A DNA stretch of 64,000 nt from Octopus vulgaris (GCA_951406725.2 OX597835.1:18786001-18850000); one strand, 5' to 3'. Counted from the first letter of the stretch, positions 29,871-44,263 are shown. Notes: generated from the sequence alone by a model not told the origin. Numbers and translations are program-made.

Positions 29871-30435
29871 GGCTTTGCTATATGGAATTCTGTCGGACAA
29901 TCGCTGTTCTGTACTACATGCGCTTTGAGTTTGGTGTAACTTTCACTTTACCAATCGATGAAAGTGTGTTGTGAAAGAGGGATTACCTTTCAAATAAAGT
30001 GATCAGTGACCTGGAGGACTTATGAACGGATCTATTGGGAAATATTTCGAGCTGGAAATTTTATAGCAGTTTTCCCGACAACTCTTGGATAGGAATGCGA
30101 GTGAGTCAATAAAGGTCTACAACAGATTCTAGAGATACACAAATGACGTCAGATTGATATCTCTGCTGTATACATTCCCACAAAGTCTAGGTATTTCTAA
30201 ATTGTGGAGTTATGCCGAAAAGCATTTACCAGAAGCTGCAAAATTTCGCTTCTTTTTTTCATGGCGTATTGCCACAAGATTCAATATATCTGGGCAAGAG
30301 TTTTTGATCAGTTCGCTGGTGATCACAGCTGATGTTGTGGAGTTATACAGTTCTACAATTAAGAGATGAGTAATTATGTACATTAATTGTATTATTTACA
30401 TTTGACGGATATTTGTCCTCATCTTGCTTGTTGCT

Positions 30436-30481
30436 AATACAACGTTTCGGCTGACACATCCTCCAGCCTTTATCAGGGGTC
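30436..30481 (-). ncRNA. Degenerate hammerhead (CUGAUAA, weakened stem I), inverted copy
   Basis: gaccc CUGAUAA a ggcugg aggaugug ucagcc GAAA cg UU guauu. Confidence 0.55.
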
Positions 30482-30589
30482 TTGGGGAAATTTCGAACCT
30501 GGGTTCTCACTCCTAAGGTATTTTTCAATGTTGTGATTAAGAGTGCGTGCTACTAACCCCAAGATACTGAGTTCAATTCCAGGCAGTGA

Positions 30590-30700
<111 letters not shown>

Positions 30701-30737
30701 CCTTAGGAATGAGAATCCAGGTTCGAAATTTCCCCAA

Positions 30738-30783
30738 GACACCTGACGAAGGCTGGAGGGCATATCAGTCGAAACGTTGTGTT
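30738..30783 (+). ncRNA. Minimal type-I hammerhead ribozyme (intact core, loopless stem III)
   Basis: gacac CUGACGA a ggcugg agggcaua ucaguc GAAA cg UU guguu; stem I GACAC/GUGUU, stem II GGCUGG/UCAGUC, palindrome AACGUU. Confidence 0.8.
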
Positions 30784-31246
30784 AAGAAACAAGATGAGGA
30801 CAAAAATCCGTCAAATGTAAATAATTGTGGAGTTATGCCCAAAGGTATTTACCGGATGTAGAGCGATTTCTTTTCTTTATGGCGTTTTGCCTCGAGTTTA
30901 AATATATGCAGGCTAGTTGTTGTCTGTCACGTCACTGGAGACCAGAAATGATGTTGTATGACGGATGAGGATGAATAGATTACATAAATATCCTGCACCT
31001 CGGCCTAGCTTCCCTTGCTTTTTTTCTGGAATCTACGATGGAAGTTTATTGAAGATCGCGAGCAAATCCTTCTCTATTATTTCTATTATGATATCAGTGA
31101 CCGTGGAAAAATTAAGGCATGTGCCTATAGATCGGATAACATCGGTTGCCATAGTGAGCCTGGATCACTAGATTTCATAATTGCTTCTATAAATTTCCCT
31201 ACATCAACAAGGATGAAGTATCCATATTCTGTTATTCTTTTATTGA

Positions 31247-31432
31247 TTTCAGTCATTTGACTGCGGCCATACTGGAGCACCGCCTTCAGTCGAACAAACT
31301 GACCCCAGGACTTTTCTTTGTAAGTCTAGTATTTATTCTATCAGTCTCTTTTGCAGAATTGCTAAGCTCCGGGTACACAACTACAGACACAAACATATAC
31401 ACAGACGCACATACACACACACACACACACGC

Positions 31433-31489
<57 letters not shown>

Positions 31490-31632
31490 CGGCGAGATTC
31501 ATTTAGTTTCCTTCAACCAAATCCACTCACAAGGCTTTGGTCGGCCCGATGCTATAGTAGAAGACACTTGCCCAGGGTGCCGCGCAGTGGGACTGAATCG
31601 GAAACCATGTGACTGGGGAGCAAGCGTCTTAC
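31247..31632 (-). mobile_element. SINE family C, diverged
   Basis: Recognisable head and tail with internal (CA)n. Confidence 0.8.
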
Positions 31633-31848
31633 CACACAGCCACGCTTGCACCTATTCATATTCTTTTTCTACACAATGTATAACTTCATCATATTTCTCC
31701 TCACTCATTCTCTGCCGTCATCCGATTTTGAGTAAACACGAACACATTGTAACCTACATTTGTATTGTTCACTTCTTGCGACGTCCTTACGGCAAATAAA
31801 ATAAATCCTACCTTCCACCTACTCCTCTGTAGAATTATTATTGTTAGT

Positions 31849-31907
<59 letters not shown>

Positions 31908-32704
31908 CTGTGGTGGTTGTGGTGGTGGTGGTGGTTGTGGTAGTGGGTTACTGCTATTATGGTGCAGAAGGTGAGTAGAATATCGATTATGGTAATGAGG
32001 ATGAAGAGATAATCTTTGTGGTAAGACAGGAATCCCCAAGCTACCACATATTCCATTATGGATAAGATGTATTGCTTTCAACATATTAGAAAGGTGTCAG
32101 ATTGGTTGATGCAGTTAACAACTCTCACTTGCATCAAATTCATGCGTCTCTCAAAATAAAATGAACGGCGTACGCCTCAACGCGAAAAGGTTTTACTTAC
32201 ACCGCATGCACAAAGACGAAATAAAAATTAAAATAGAAGCAAAACACAAATGTATTAGATATAAAAACGTAGTGATAAACTTCGAATTTCCTTTCTTTTA
32301 ATATTAAAGCTTCTGTTACAATACTGCTATTGAAATACTGTGCAATTATTTTTTCAGTTGATTCTAAAATTGATGAAAAAATTTATGAAACGCACAAGAA
32401 TGGCATAACGTTAATAATAAATTCCCCCAACTTTTGGATAAATTTCTGTTTCTATTTGAACATGAGTATCTTTCCCAAAATATTATAGAGAAACATTAAA
32501 CAGTATCTAAGCTAATACAATATCTTCTTTTCTTTATTGATAAATTTCGTTCATATTATGCCTACCTTCTTACCTGCAGTGTACACAGGTGTATATTTTT
32601 GTCTGTTTCCCTTTTAACTTCTATAAAATTTCCTTCGTCTGAGTGTTATGTTTGTGTTAGGAACAGATATTAATGTGGGACTCTGGTTGAAAGTGTTAAT
32701 TTAG

Positions 32705-32903
32705 AACTTGGTTGTGTGCTAATAAGCTTACTTCCCAAACATACGATTCAAGGTTCAGTCCCACTGCGTGTGTCCGTGGTCTGGTGACTTCAACTCTAGC
32801 CTTGGGTCTACCAGCGGACCAAAGACTTTTGAGTGGATTCGGTAGATGAAAACTGAAACATCGTGTATGTATAGTAACACACATGCACACACATCTTTGT
32901 AAG

Positions 32904-32937
<34 letters not shown>

Positions 32938-33310
32938 TGTATGTATGTATATATATCTACCTTTCTATCTATCTACCAATCTATCTATCTGTCTATCTAT
33001 ATACATATATGTGTGTTTGTGTGTTTGAGTTTGTCGCTCCACCATCATTTAGCAACTCGTGTTGATATATTTACATCCACGTATATTGTATATTGCCCCA
33101 GCATGGCCTCAGCCGGATGGCTGAAACAAGTAAAAGAGTAAAAGAGTAAAAGAGTACGCGGTTCGGCAAAAGCGTCTGATAAAATAAGTACTAGGCTTTT
33201 AAAAAATCCGTCCTGGTGTCGTTTCTTTCGATGAAACCCCTTTAAGGGCGGGTTCCAGCATAGCTTCAGCCAAATTACTGAGGAGGTAAAAGAAAATGGA
33301 ATAAAAGAAT
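32705..33310 (+). mobile_element. Diverged family C SINE with a second SINE tail nested
   Basis: ggttcagtcccactgcgtg head; two tails ending gagtaaaa. Confidence 0.65.
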
Positions 33311-33648
33311 CACTTGAATTAAGATGTCTGTATCATGGCGCTAGTGTAAGTTACATGGCGTTTACTATACAAACCTTCATGCGAGTGTATCGGAACACCC
33401 AGTGCACAGCAAAGCAAATTCACAATATGTTATATTAAATATAAAGTTTAACTGGAGTGATTTAAACAAATTATAACAGAAATTCAACAATATTGACAAA
33501 AAATAATTAAATATATAATGAAATAACAACACTTAATGTCTCCTCGAAGGAAGCCATTAATTTCGTGGCCAAAATGAATTGTTGCAACCTTCAAGAGAAA
33601 CATTAGCGCTAATTGCCGTAACTGATGGTTTTGATGGTAATGATAATG

Positions 33649-33742
<94 letters not shown>

Positions 33743-34640
33743 TAATAATAATAACAGCATCAACAAGGCTGCTACAGAATGAGACCATACATCAAGTAAT
33801 TAAACTATAAAAATTTAGTTTTGTCATGCATCGAATTTTCATTAGGGAAACTAATACGATTAAATTATAATCAGAGTTTGAAAATATTGCTAACATGTCT
33901 ATAGCATGTCATTAAAAGTAGGTTTACAAATTAATACAGTTAACATTTAATTAGTTTTGATTTTCTGAAGCATCTGCTAAGAGTCTTCGCCGATGACTGC
34001 AATATAATAATAAAACTCATTGAAATCAAACTAACTTTTGTCGCAAAATTTCAAAAAAGAACGAAACTCAAAATTTCAAAATTTCAAAAAGAACAAAACT
34101 CAAATTAATCTATCAGTTGCACAATTATATTGATTTGATTTCTTTGTTTTTTTCGTTTTTGTTTTTGTTTTTTGTTACTGAAATACTATTGGACAATCAA
34201 TATATGTTTGTACATCGAATATTATGCTATCGAACAGTCTGGCAAATATTCAACCAAGAATTTAAGTTTCTCTCTTAATTTGCTCTTCTTCGATTATTCA
34301 TTTATTTAGTTATATATTAATTTATTTTCGTTTTTTTTTTGTTTTAAATAGTTTGCTTGATAAACTCATCTCTTTACACGAGGCAAAATGTCACACGGTG
34401 CTGCAATAAATGAGTGCATTGTAGTAAGTAATCACGTGAGCTATCTTTTTCTTTCTTCACATTAAAACGTTACAGTTGATATTGGAATCGTTATTTTTAT
34501 ACACGATGCCATTTATTGTTACTATACGTCAGGTCGACTGAATGTATATTTACATGAAATAATTTGGGATCGTTAGATGTAATTAATGAAGATGTTGTCG
34601 TTGTTATTATGCTAACTATAATTCGATCCTTATAGTAGTA

Positions 34641-35020
34641 GGAGCAGTCCGTCGGTTGCGACGATGAGGGTCCCAGCTGATACGATCAACGGAACAGCTT
34701 GCTCCTGATATTAACGTGTAAGTGGCTGAGCACTCCACAGACACGTGTACCCTTAACGTAGTTCTCGGGGATATTCAGCGTGACACAGAGAGTGACAAGG
34801 CTGGCCCTTTGAAATACAGGTACAACAGAAACAGGAAGAAAGAGCGAGAGAAAGTTGTAGTGAAAGAGTACAGCAGGGTTCACCACCATCCCCTGCCGGA
34901 GCCTCGTGGAGCTATAGGTGTTTTCGCTCAATAAACACTCACAATGCCCGGTCTGGGAATCGAAACCGCGATCCTCCGACCACGAGTCCGCTGCCCTAAC
35001 CACTGGGCCATTGCGCCTCT
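34641..35020 (-). mobile_element. SINE family A (tail 1)
   Basis: TSD tcgatccttatag. Confidence 0.9.
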
Positions 35021-36449
35021 ATCGATCCTTATAGAGAAGGTACAAAATCACATCCGCTCTACCAAGCATTAGTGAATTTCACTTTTCATTTTCAGATCTA
35101 TCTGCTTATTGGGAAAATAAATTTTGTTAGTGAATATAATAATAATTTTATCTTTTATTTTTTTACCAGTTTCTAAACTATAGTGTGGCCAAGCCGGAGC
35201 ACCATCTTGATGAATTTTTAGTCAAATGAATCAACCCAAGTATTTGTTTGTTTAAGCCTTGTATTTATTCTATCGGTTCTTTGGCCGAACCGCTCAGTTA
35301 ACGAATTAGTTAATAACCAACACCAGTTATCAAGCAATGGTGGCCGACAAAGATGCTGACAAATCATGTAAATGAGGTATCGGATAATAATCAGGGAACT
35401 GTAATGGCTTTTAAATGACGAAAATCACCCCTAGCTCGCAACTCTTGAAGACAAAATGCAATGGCGAACACCATTTACTACTGGACGAGTTATCCCTAAG
35501 TCAAGCATGTGCCGAAACTCATCCTCAGTAACTCTGAGTATTCTGGAGCAAGACTCCGAGAAGCGGAAACAACAGGAGGATGCTTAGAGAGAATATGATG
35601 CGTTGAAGTCTGCGTTGGTGATTTATTTTGAAAGACAGTTCAGGGCAACGTAAGAGATGGAATAAAAAATAAAAGGCTAATAGTGACAATTCTTGAAGAC
35701 ACACCTTGATTAGAAAGAAGAATGTGTGCATCTCTTATTCTCTTATTCCTTAAATCAACAATTAAATGTAAATGAAGCCAAAAGTCAGCGCCAAGAATTT
35801 GGTATGGTAAATCAGTAATAACAACTACTCATTTAAATGGTCCTCGAAGGTTGATATCTAACGTGAACAACTTTCCTCCGAAGGTAGGAGTTGACGAATG
35901 ATCATCAGCCTGTAAAGAAATAGCAGCTACTGTCATACAAGGTTAATAAAACTTGCAGGCCAGACACTACACGCAGGACCAGTATCTAGTACTAACCTTT
36001 CTTTCAAGTTGGTATCGTGAATGAAAAAGACAAGGCTTTTAAATGGCTTATCGAGGAAAGCAGCCGCTGTTAATTTTACTGGGAATTGCGTTTTCCTGTT
36101 CCTGAAATTAAAAAGGAAAAATACATGGTGATATACATTTATGAGCATGAGTTTCAAATTTACGATGATAGCAACAATATTGTTGTGAATCTCTACAAGA
36201 CGAACGAAGACTACGAGAAGACGAACGATTTCCTTGCCTTGAGCGATGAGAAAAAGAAGGAGGTAGCAAACGAGGGAATTGATCAGTGAAATTTGAATCT
36301 TGTTATCGAATTCCTTCTGGATAGCTCTGTAGATAACGATGAAATGACAGGGGGAATTTCCAGAAGTTTTTGGAACAGAAGAAATGTCCATGATTCTGTC
36401 TGCCATATCAGTCAATTGCTGGGTGGTGGTATACTTACTTACTTGTACA

Positions 36450-36830
36450 TGTGGCGACATTCACCCTGGGCGGGTTGAGTCGGCTTCTTCTATTGGAAGA
36501 AGTTTTTGTGGGAATATGTGGATTTCACAAGCGGTCCCCCAACAATCCCGCTTGTAGAGACAATCCTGTTTGCCGCAGATTGTCCGCAGACGCAGGGACA
36601 GAACGACCGAGGAGCCGCCGATTACCGAAACAGACACTCCGAGGATTTTCACCAGAGCCCCGTCTGTCAGGTTGTGGCCCTAATACCACTCGGTGTGAGA
36701 CCAAGCTGCCTTGGGTGGCTCTACAAGGAACCGAAGTTCCCGACGGAATAGCTCTGACACTACCTGTTGGCAGCGTTCCCACCACGGTGAGGAGGGGATG
36801 GACTTTGAGAACGGTAGTGTACCCTTAACA
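36450..36830. mobile_element. 381-bp GC-rich TG...CA insert (solo-LTR-like) interrupting gag
   Basis: Begins TGTGGCGAC, ends CCCTTAACA; removing it rejoins the gag sequence (minus strand ...atctct|tgtacaagtaag...). Confidence 0.6.
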
Positions 36831-37390
36831 AGAGATCAGAAATTCTTGTATATTCTTTGGGAGCCTCGGGAAACCTAATAAGTAATTATCTCACACCATA
36901 TCTACATCAACTGGGTTATTTCCAGTTGAATCTACCACGGTGAGGAGGGGATGGACTTTGGGAACGGTAGTGTACCCTTAACAAGAGATCAGAAATTCTT
37001 GTATATTCTTTGGGAGCCTCGAGAAACGTAATAAGTAATTATCTCACCATATCTACATCAACTGGGTTATTTCCAGTTGAATCTACCACGGTGAGGAGGG
37101 GATGGACTTTGGGAACGGTAGTGTACCCTTAACAAGAGATCAGAAATTCTTGTATATTCTTTGGGAGCCTCGAGAAACGTAATAAGTAATTATCTCACAC
37201 CATATCTACATCAACTGGGTTATTTCCAGTTGAATCTACCACGGTGAGGAGGGGATGGACTTTGGGAACGGTAGTGTACCCTTAACAAGAGATCAGAAAT
37301 TCTTGTATATTCTTTGGGAGCCTCGAGAAACCTAATAAGTAATTATCTCACACCATATCTACATCAACTGGGTTGTTTCCAGTTGAATCT
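36781..37390. repeat. Four-copy tandem array of a ~153-bp unit
   Basis: Units start at 36781, 36934, 37085 and 37238 (accacggtgaggaggggatgg...ccagttgaatct); near-identical. Confidence 0.95.
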
Positions 37391-38223
37391 ATCACCCTTC
37401 TAAGTAACTCAGAAGGGTATTTGTACATTAATTGGTGGCATCATTTCTCTTTAGAAGAAGTGGTACGCCGTAAAAGTTTTATTTTCAGAGTGGAATATGA
37501 TGGGCTATCTTCATTATTGCTAATGAGATCCTTACCTTCACTACTCATAATCGGAGGCAAAACGCTGACTAATAAATGTGATCGTCTGACATTCGAAGTT
37601 ATATTATTCGCGGCGAAATGTGCTTCTAGCTGTGAGTACCATATTTCAAAATCCCAATTGAATTGTGAAGAAATAAAAGATATGAAAGCTTGATTTGGTA
37701 AAGCAGTAGGGCTTTCAATGATGTATAGGTTATCAAGAAAATTACGTGTTGCTGATTCAATTTCTACGTTTCCCACACGATGTAAATGAGGGTATCAAAA
37801 ATACTCTAGAAGAGCAGTAAGAGGTAAAGTTATGTGCAACTCTCGTCTCGCAATTGATGGCTTCTAAGCTGTATAAACGGCTAAAGCGGTTTTGAAAAAA
37901 GAGTTATCTGACTAGACATGATTTTATAGTATGTAGACGAGAACTTACTGAAAAATTTTATCTGTTTTGCAGTTAAAAAGTATTTAAGACCTTTATATGC
38001 ATTACTAAAGTGGTAGCAAAATAGTAAGATTCAAAATGGCGCTATATTGGTAGTAGGAAAAAGTTTTATTTGTCTTCTGCAGAAAATTTTTAAAGTTTGT
38101 TGATATTTCTGTAAAATCTCCATGGAATCATTACTTTTATCACGCCAGGTTTCACCAATCTAAAGCAGTATGATATGTGTGTCGACATATATATATATTT
38201 CACTAAGTGCTATTATATGAATT

Positions 38224-38545
38224 GTGAGGGCGCGTGGCTTAGTCGTTAGGGCATTCGGCTCATGATCGTAAGGCTGTGAGTTCGATTCCCGGCGACGCGT
38301 TGTGTCCTTGAGCAAGACACTTTATTTCACGTTGCTCCAGTCCACTCAGCTGGCAAAAATGAGTTGTACTTGTATTTCAAAGGGTCAGCCTTGTCACTCT
38401 CTGTGTCACGCTGATTATCCCCGAGAACTACGTTAAGGGTACACGTGTCTGTGGAATGCTCAGCCATTTGCACGTTAATTTCACGAGCAAGCTGTTCCGT
38501 TGATCGTATCAGCTGGGACCCTCGTCGTCGTAACCGGCGGAGTCT
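38224..38545 (+). mobile_element. SINE family B (different tRNA head, CORE-like domain, tail 1)
   Basis: gggcgcgtggcttagtcgttagggc...gagttcgattcc; gtgtccttgagcaagacactt; tail shared with family A; TSD tattatatgaatt. Confidence 0.9.
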
Positions 38546-39599
38546 TTAGTCTTTTATTATATGAATTCAAAATGAATAATAATAAATTAATTCAGAGAAA
38601 AATTACAGTAGACCGCAAGGAAACGTTAATTACAACTACAGAGATTTTATAAAGCAAACTGGTGGATATTTCAATTGTTAAGTCATTATAAATATTTAAA
38701 AGTTCGACAAAACGTAGAAAAGAGGTTAAAGAAAACCCTGAGTACAGTGTCACAATAATTCTGGTTACTTCTATCTAAAGGTTGATAGAACTCTAAGCTT
38801 AACTTCAAAGATTCTGGCTTGAAACCTGTTCAAAGTGCTAATTAGAATAAAAATTGCTTTCACTTCAAAGACCTTTATCGCTCGTAACATAAGTCTTCTC
38901 CCTGTGGACTTAACAAGACAGAATTTCTGACTGAAGAACTAACGAACAGACGCTAGGTCAGTCAATCACATTAAAGATATGGTCGGTCCAGATAAAACTA
39001 AATGGATCTGACCATCACGTGATAAACCAAAATGGGTAGTTAGTCAAAAGTAAAAAAAAAATCTGCAATCTTAACTGTAAAACTTCCCAAGCGCTCATGC
39101 TGAAGCTACAGGCCCAAGCAGTTACTAGCCTAGGTAGGTGAGGTAGCGACGGTCCGCTCCGGGGGGCACTTTTGGTGCTGCTATAGGCAATATGTGATTT
39201 TGTGGGGTCCGGCTTTGGCAAACGGAAGGGGCACGCCGGGCATACAGGCTCTTTATCCACGAGAGCAATTAAATTCATACTGAGAGTACACCGCACTACT
39301 CTGCGTATCCTACAACTGTAATTTATCAAATAGCTTTTTATCATCCAGCTAATTTTAAATTTTGGTTTTCCGTTGAACAAATGAGAGAGCGTGTATGTGG
39401 ACGCTGAGTGTTCCAGAATTAGCAGCGAAATTACTATCATATGACACTCTACACGATTAAATGAGAGAAAAATATATTCATGCATATTCAATATATAGGC
39501 AACAGAGCTATGCTTCAGGTATTTTTAACCATAAATCTTTTTATCAAATATGACTTAGGGCTAACAAACTATGGCAACGTAGAAGTAGGAACCAAATCT

Positions 39600-39960
39600 A
39601 ATTTAAATTACATTACAGCGTATCGTTTAAATAAGAGGAAGATACAAATTTATTAAATATAATATGATCCTAAATGCAGAAAAAATTATTTTCATAGTTG
39701 AACGAGTTTCATGATGGTTTTAATAAAACAAGACAAGAAGTTCCAAAATGGTGTCTAACTCAACGAAATGAAACTTCAGCGTTAAAAGGTTATTGACTGA
39801 AGTTTGCAAGAAAAAACGCTTAAGATGGTTAATACACGCTGTTCGGTGTTGGGCGATGTGACAGGATTGAGTACGGCATGCTAGATCATTGGAAATATTA
39901 TGTACCCACTTAAAGAATTATTAAAAATATTGGGGCAGAGAAACAAAGTAAGGTAGATGA
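39600..39960 (+). mobile_element. Old RTE-like LINE C-terminal relic
   Basis: TEVCKKKRLRWLIHAVR resembles the RTE motif I..RRLRW.GHV.R. Confidence 0.4.
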
Positions 39961-40543
39961 CGAAAAAGAGAACAGATATAATCGTTATGATGCAATGCAT
40001 TTTTGAAAGATTCTTTCCTGATAAAGATGATTACTGTCCATTTGGGAAATCACTTTTGGTTGTTATGTGGGCAGCATTGTTACCTTTCCAAATAGGAGCA
40101 ACGTTCCACACTGAATTTTATTTTAACCATACTGAAAAACATATTCTATTCTACTCTAGGCATAAGGCCCGTAATTTTTAAAGAGGGCCAGTCGATTAGA
40201 TCGGCCCAGTACACAACTGGTACTTAGAGACCAATAATGAATTGAATTTCAAGCCGAACAACCACTCAGATGATTTGCTTATTCTGTTCAAATGTGTGTG
40301 TCGTCATAAACGCACTCTCAACATCAAATGAATATTACCAGTACAGTTGCACCATGTGGAACATGTCAGGTGACGAAATGGTCGCAGAGCAACGTGAAAT
40401 GAAGTGCTGAAGAACACAACGCAGCGCCTGGTCTAGGAACCGAAACCACTATCACACAACCGTTAGTGCAACATCCTAACCACCTAGCCATGCATCCTCA
40501 CTATACAAAAACACACACAAACACACACATACACACAGACACA

Positions 40544-40607
<64 letters not shown>

Positions 40608-41137
40608 AACATGTATACATAATTTTAACAAAATGCTTTTACAACCAGAAGTACAGAAACGGAATGTATTTCCCGAAATTGGTGAAAGGCCATGCTGTGT
40701 TGAGGTGTACAGAGAGCAGGTAGCACTTTGAATTAAGCTCATCCTTCCATTTTACCTGGGGAGTTGGGATTTTGAATGGGTTTGTTCAAAGGTAACAGCC
40801 TCAAACGTCTTTACCGTTTACCAAATTTTTTTTTTTTAAATAAAGAAAAATAAACTTTTGTAGTAAAATTATGCGTCTTGATATCTATGGAAACTCCGAA
40901 TACACAACGAAATTTAGGACAACAGAATAAAATATGTTTATTATATTCCTGTCATTTCGAAACCTTTGCAGAAACAAAAACATCTTAAGTCATGAATAAT
41001 TAATAAAGCTTATAGAATTTATATCAATTGATCAAACATATACAAAAGGGCAGACGAACATAACATACAATATATACTTACATATACATACATACATACG
41101 TACAAATTACATACACACATATATGTGAGTGTGTATG

Positions 41138-41185
<48 letters not shown>

Positions 41186-41255
41186 GGTGATACGTATAAT
41201 CACACTCACACACAAAAAATGTCCACATATAATTTATATTTACAATTTATTTATG

Positions 41256-41291
<36 letters not shown>

Positions 41292-41309
41292 TTTATTTAT
41301 ACATACATG

Positions 41310-41361
<52 letters not shown>

Positions 41362-41412
41362 AATATATATATATAAATATATATATGTATATATCTATAC
41401 ATACATACATAC

Positions 41413-41479
<67 letters not shown>

Positions 41480-41969
41480 ACCGGTAGTTCCCGGAAAAGC
41501 GGAGCGTATCCCTTTTTTCCTTTTTTCCAATAAAATAAATACAAATTAGGTAGCCCTTAAAACGTCCTCTGTAGATTTACAGAGATTACCGAATTGTCTT
41601 TCGTAGGATCTTGTTTTTAGGAAATCCCAATAAGTTATGAATACCAAAATCATGACGTCAGTTAGGTAATAACATGAAATTACTCACCCGATAGTAATAA
41701 TTCAAATATAGAAGGCCACGAAAAGGGCTTTAATGTGTTTCCAGAGTACATAGAACGTAGGAGAAAATACCAATAAGGTATGCATTCGAAAATCTTGGAG
41801 CATGTTACATAATAACAGGCTAATCGGATATGGGATAACAATTCAAAGTAAATAACTCCGAAAAGGGCTTTTCCCAGAGAATATAACCGTAGAGACGCTA
41901 GAGCTGAAATAGATTTGTAATGAATGTAGGAACCGTCTGACATTTTGTTTAACAGTAGACATACTAATA

Positions 41970-42367
41970 TACTCTCTTTTACTCTTTTAGTTGTTTCAGT
42001 CAGTTGACTGCGGCCATGCAGGAGCACCACCTTTAGTCGAGCAACTCGACCCCGGGACTTATTCTTTTGTAAGCCCAGTACTTATTCTATCGGTCTTTTT
42101 TGCTGAACCGCTAAGTTACGGGGACATAAACACACCAGCATCGGTTGTCAAACAATGCTCGGGGGCCAAACACAGGCACACACATACACATATATATATA
42201 CATATATACGACAGGCTTCTTTCAGGTTCCGTCTACCAAATCCACTCCCAAGGCTTTGGTCGGCCCGGAGCTATAGCAGAAGACACTTGCCCAAGATGCC
42301 ACGCAGTGGGACTGAACCCGGAACCATGTGGTTGGTTAGCAAGCTACTTACCACACAGCCACTCCCG

Positions 42368-42369
<2 letters not shown>
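41970..42369 (-). mobile_element. SINE family C
   Basis: Reverse complement of family C. Confidence 0.9.
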
Positions 42370-42411
<42 letters not shown>

Positions 42412-42419
42412 TTATTTAA

Positions 42420-43145
42420 AAATAAAACAACCTGTAGATTATCAATACGTTTAAAACACTTACAATATTAAATACCTGATGATGTGGTGAATCGTATTAT
42501 GATTGCAGAGTTTCTTGATAAACAACATTTTTAGTCTTTTCTTCTGGTGCATAAATAAACAAAGGATTTCGATTGCCGTCACTTGAGCATATCACATAAT
42601 TTTGGCCGTGGGAGGAAACAGGTTCCACAATATTCAGACCTACCACATCCAAGGACTGTCCCTGATCCTTGCTAATGCTTATTGCAAAGCTCAGTTTCAA
42701 CGGGAATTGTAGGCGCTTGTAGTGAAAAGGAATATCCGAGGGAAGAAGTGGAATTCTAGGAAGGAATATATATTTCTTTACTACCCACAAGGGGCTAAAC
42801 ACAGAGGGGACATACAAGGGCAGACAAACGGATTAAGTCGATTACATCGACCCCAGTACATAACTGGTACTTAATTTATCGACCCCGAAAGGATGAAAGG
42901 CAAAGTCGACCTCGGCGGAATTTGAACCCAGAACGTAACGACAGACGAAAATACGGCTACGCATTTCGACCGGCGTGCTAATCTAGGAAGGAATATAGGT
43001 TCACCGCTTGCTTTACCAGGCAAAAACAACCCGGATGGTACTTTAACATGCTCGCAAAGTTTCACGAAAATTCCTTAAACTGTGTGAACGGCAACTTGAC
43101 ACAAACAGACGTCCAAACGGACAACTTGCGCATTTATATGTATAT
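42420..43145 (-). mobile_element. Internally deleted Helitron (5' end joined to PIF1 helicase C-terminus), split by SINE D
   Basis: GKASGEPIFLPRIPLLPSDIPFHYKRLQFPLKLSFAISISKDQGQSLDVVGLNIVEPVSSHGQNYVICS...KTKNVVYQETL (PIF1 motifs V/VI); Helitron-like 5' sequence at 43070-43145. Confidence 0.85.
42771..42981 (-). mobile_element. SINE family D with 16-bp TSD
   Basis: tctaggaaggaatata at 42755-42770 and 42982-42997. Confidence 0.9.
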
Positions 43146-43217
43146 GTGACCCTTCGGTCTGGCATTCACTATGATAGATCGCCAGCCACTAAACATTCTT
43201 TGCTTTCTCTCCTTGTT

Positions 43218-43255
43218 TCTTTCTGTGGAAGAGCGTAGGCTCGAAATGTTAAAGA
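43218..43255 (+). ncRNA. Ultra-minimal hammerhead-like motif with CUGUGGA core
   Basis: ucuuu CUGUGGA a gagc guag gcuc GAAA ug UU aaaga. Confidence 0.6.
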
Positions 43256-43348
43256 CTTTTTCACTTCTCAAGCGTTATACTAATACATCTATTTGTCGTC
43301 TACACCACCTGTCTTCTTTTTTTTAGTGAATTCTGCCGTCTTTATATG

Positions 43349-43393
<45 letters not shown>

Positions 43394-44086
43394 TGAGAGA
43401 GATAAGTGACGAATATAGGGCGTAGTTTTTTCTTAATGAAAATGTAAATTTTACTTATGAACACAATAAATTCATTCAAATGGCACACAAAAAATAACGC
43501 CAAGAACTGTAGGTAAAACTGTATTCGACAAAGGTCATGAATTAGTAAGTTCTTCGGAAAGAAGTAGACATTCAGCAGAATATGTTTCTTTTACGTTTTT
43601 TTCTATTTGTTGTCAAATTGCTATTGTATTATTAATAAGTCGTCTCTTCCGATAATGATCAATAATTAAAAAAATGCTTGACGTTGGAGACATATACGAA
43701 ATATGAATGTGTACGTGAATATGATTCTCGTTCTCTCAGCCTTTCTCTCTCTCCCCCTCTCTCCCCCTCTCTCTCCCTCTAACTATCACTTCTCTTATGC
43801 TTGTGTATATGTGTGTTTTATGATGAATGTATATAAACACTCACATAATTTTTCTGGTAAATATAAATATACGTTCATATAAATACACGAATATGTAAAT
43901 TATACACGCCCGTATATGTATGTGTCTTTTTATTTTTTAACGTATCGGCCACACTGAGTAACGGTGCGGTGGACTGGCGTCCCGTCCAGGTAGGGGGAAG
44001 ACATACACCATAGAAACCGGGAGACCGGGGCCATGAGCCAAGCTAGGCTTGGAAAGAGCGCATGAATAAATATATATTTACATATA

Positions 44087-44198
44087 GAAAGAACAGCTAG
44101 GTTTTGTAAACCACAAAAATAACGGATGGAATTCGACAGGAATAAATTTGGAAATGAACAACATTTACCATCTAGTTACCTGAACCAATTGGTTTCTG

Positions 44199-44263
<65 letters not shown>

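Larger units (their letters stand above)
35770..38160 (-). mobile_element. Gypsy LTR-retrotransposon gag-protease relic with degenerate tRNA-Trp PBS
   Basis: ORF 37441-37776 FEIWYSQLEAHFAANNITS...LPP...YSTLKIKLLRRT (gag N-terminus); QLTDMADRIMD; FIHDTNLKERLVLDTGPACSVWP and QILGADF (aspartic protease); 38141-38157 cacgccaggtttcacca resembles the tRNA-Trp 3' end. Confidence 0.85.

Noticed and set aside
36781-37390. CRISPR-like array
   Set aside because: Units are near-identical along their whole length with no unique spacers; eukaryotic context.
39015-39491. 158-aa minus-strand ORF
   Set aside because: No recognisable motif; it overlaps a GC-rich patch that looks like a DNA-transposon terminus.
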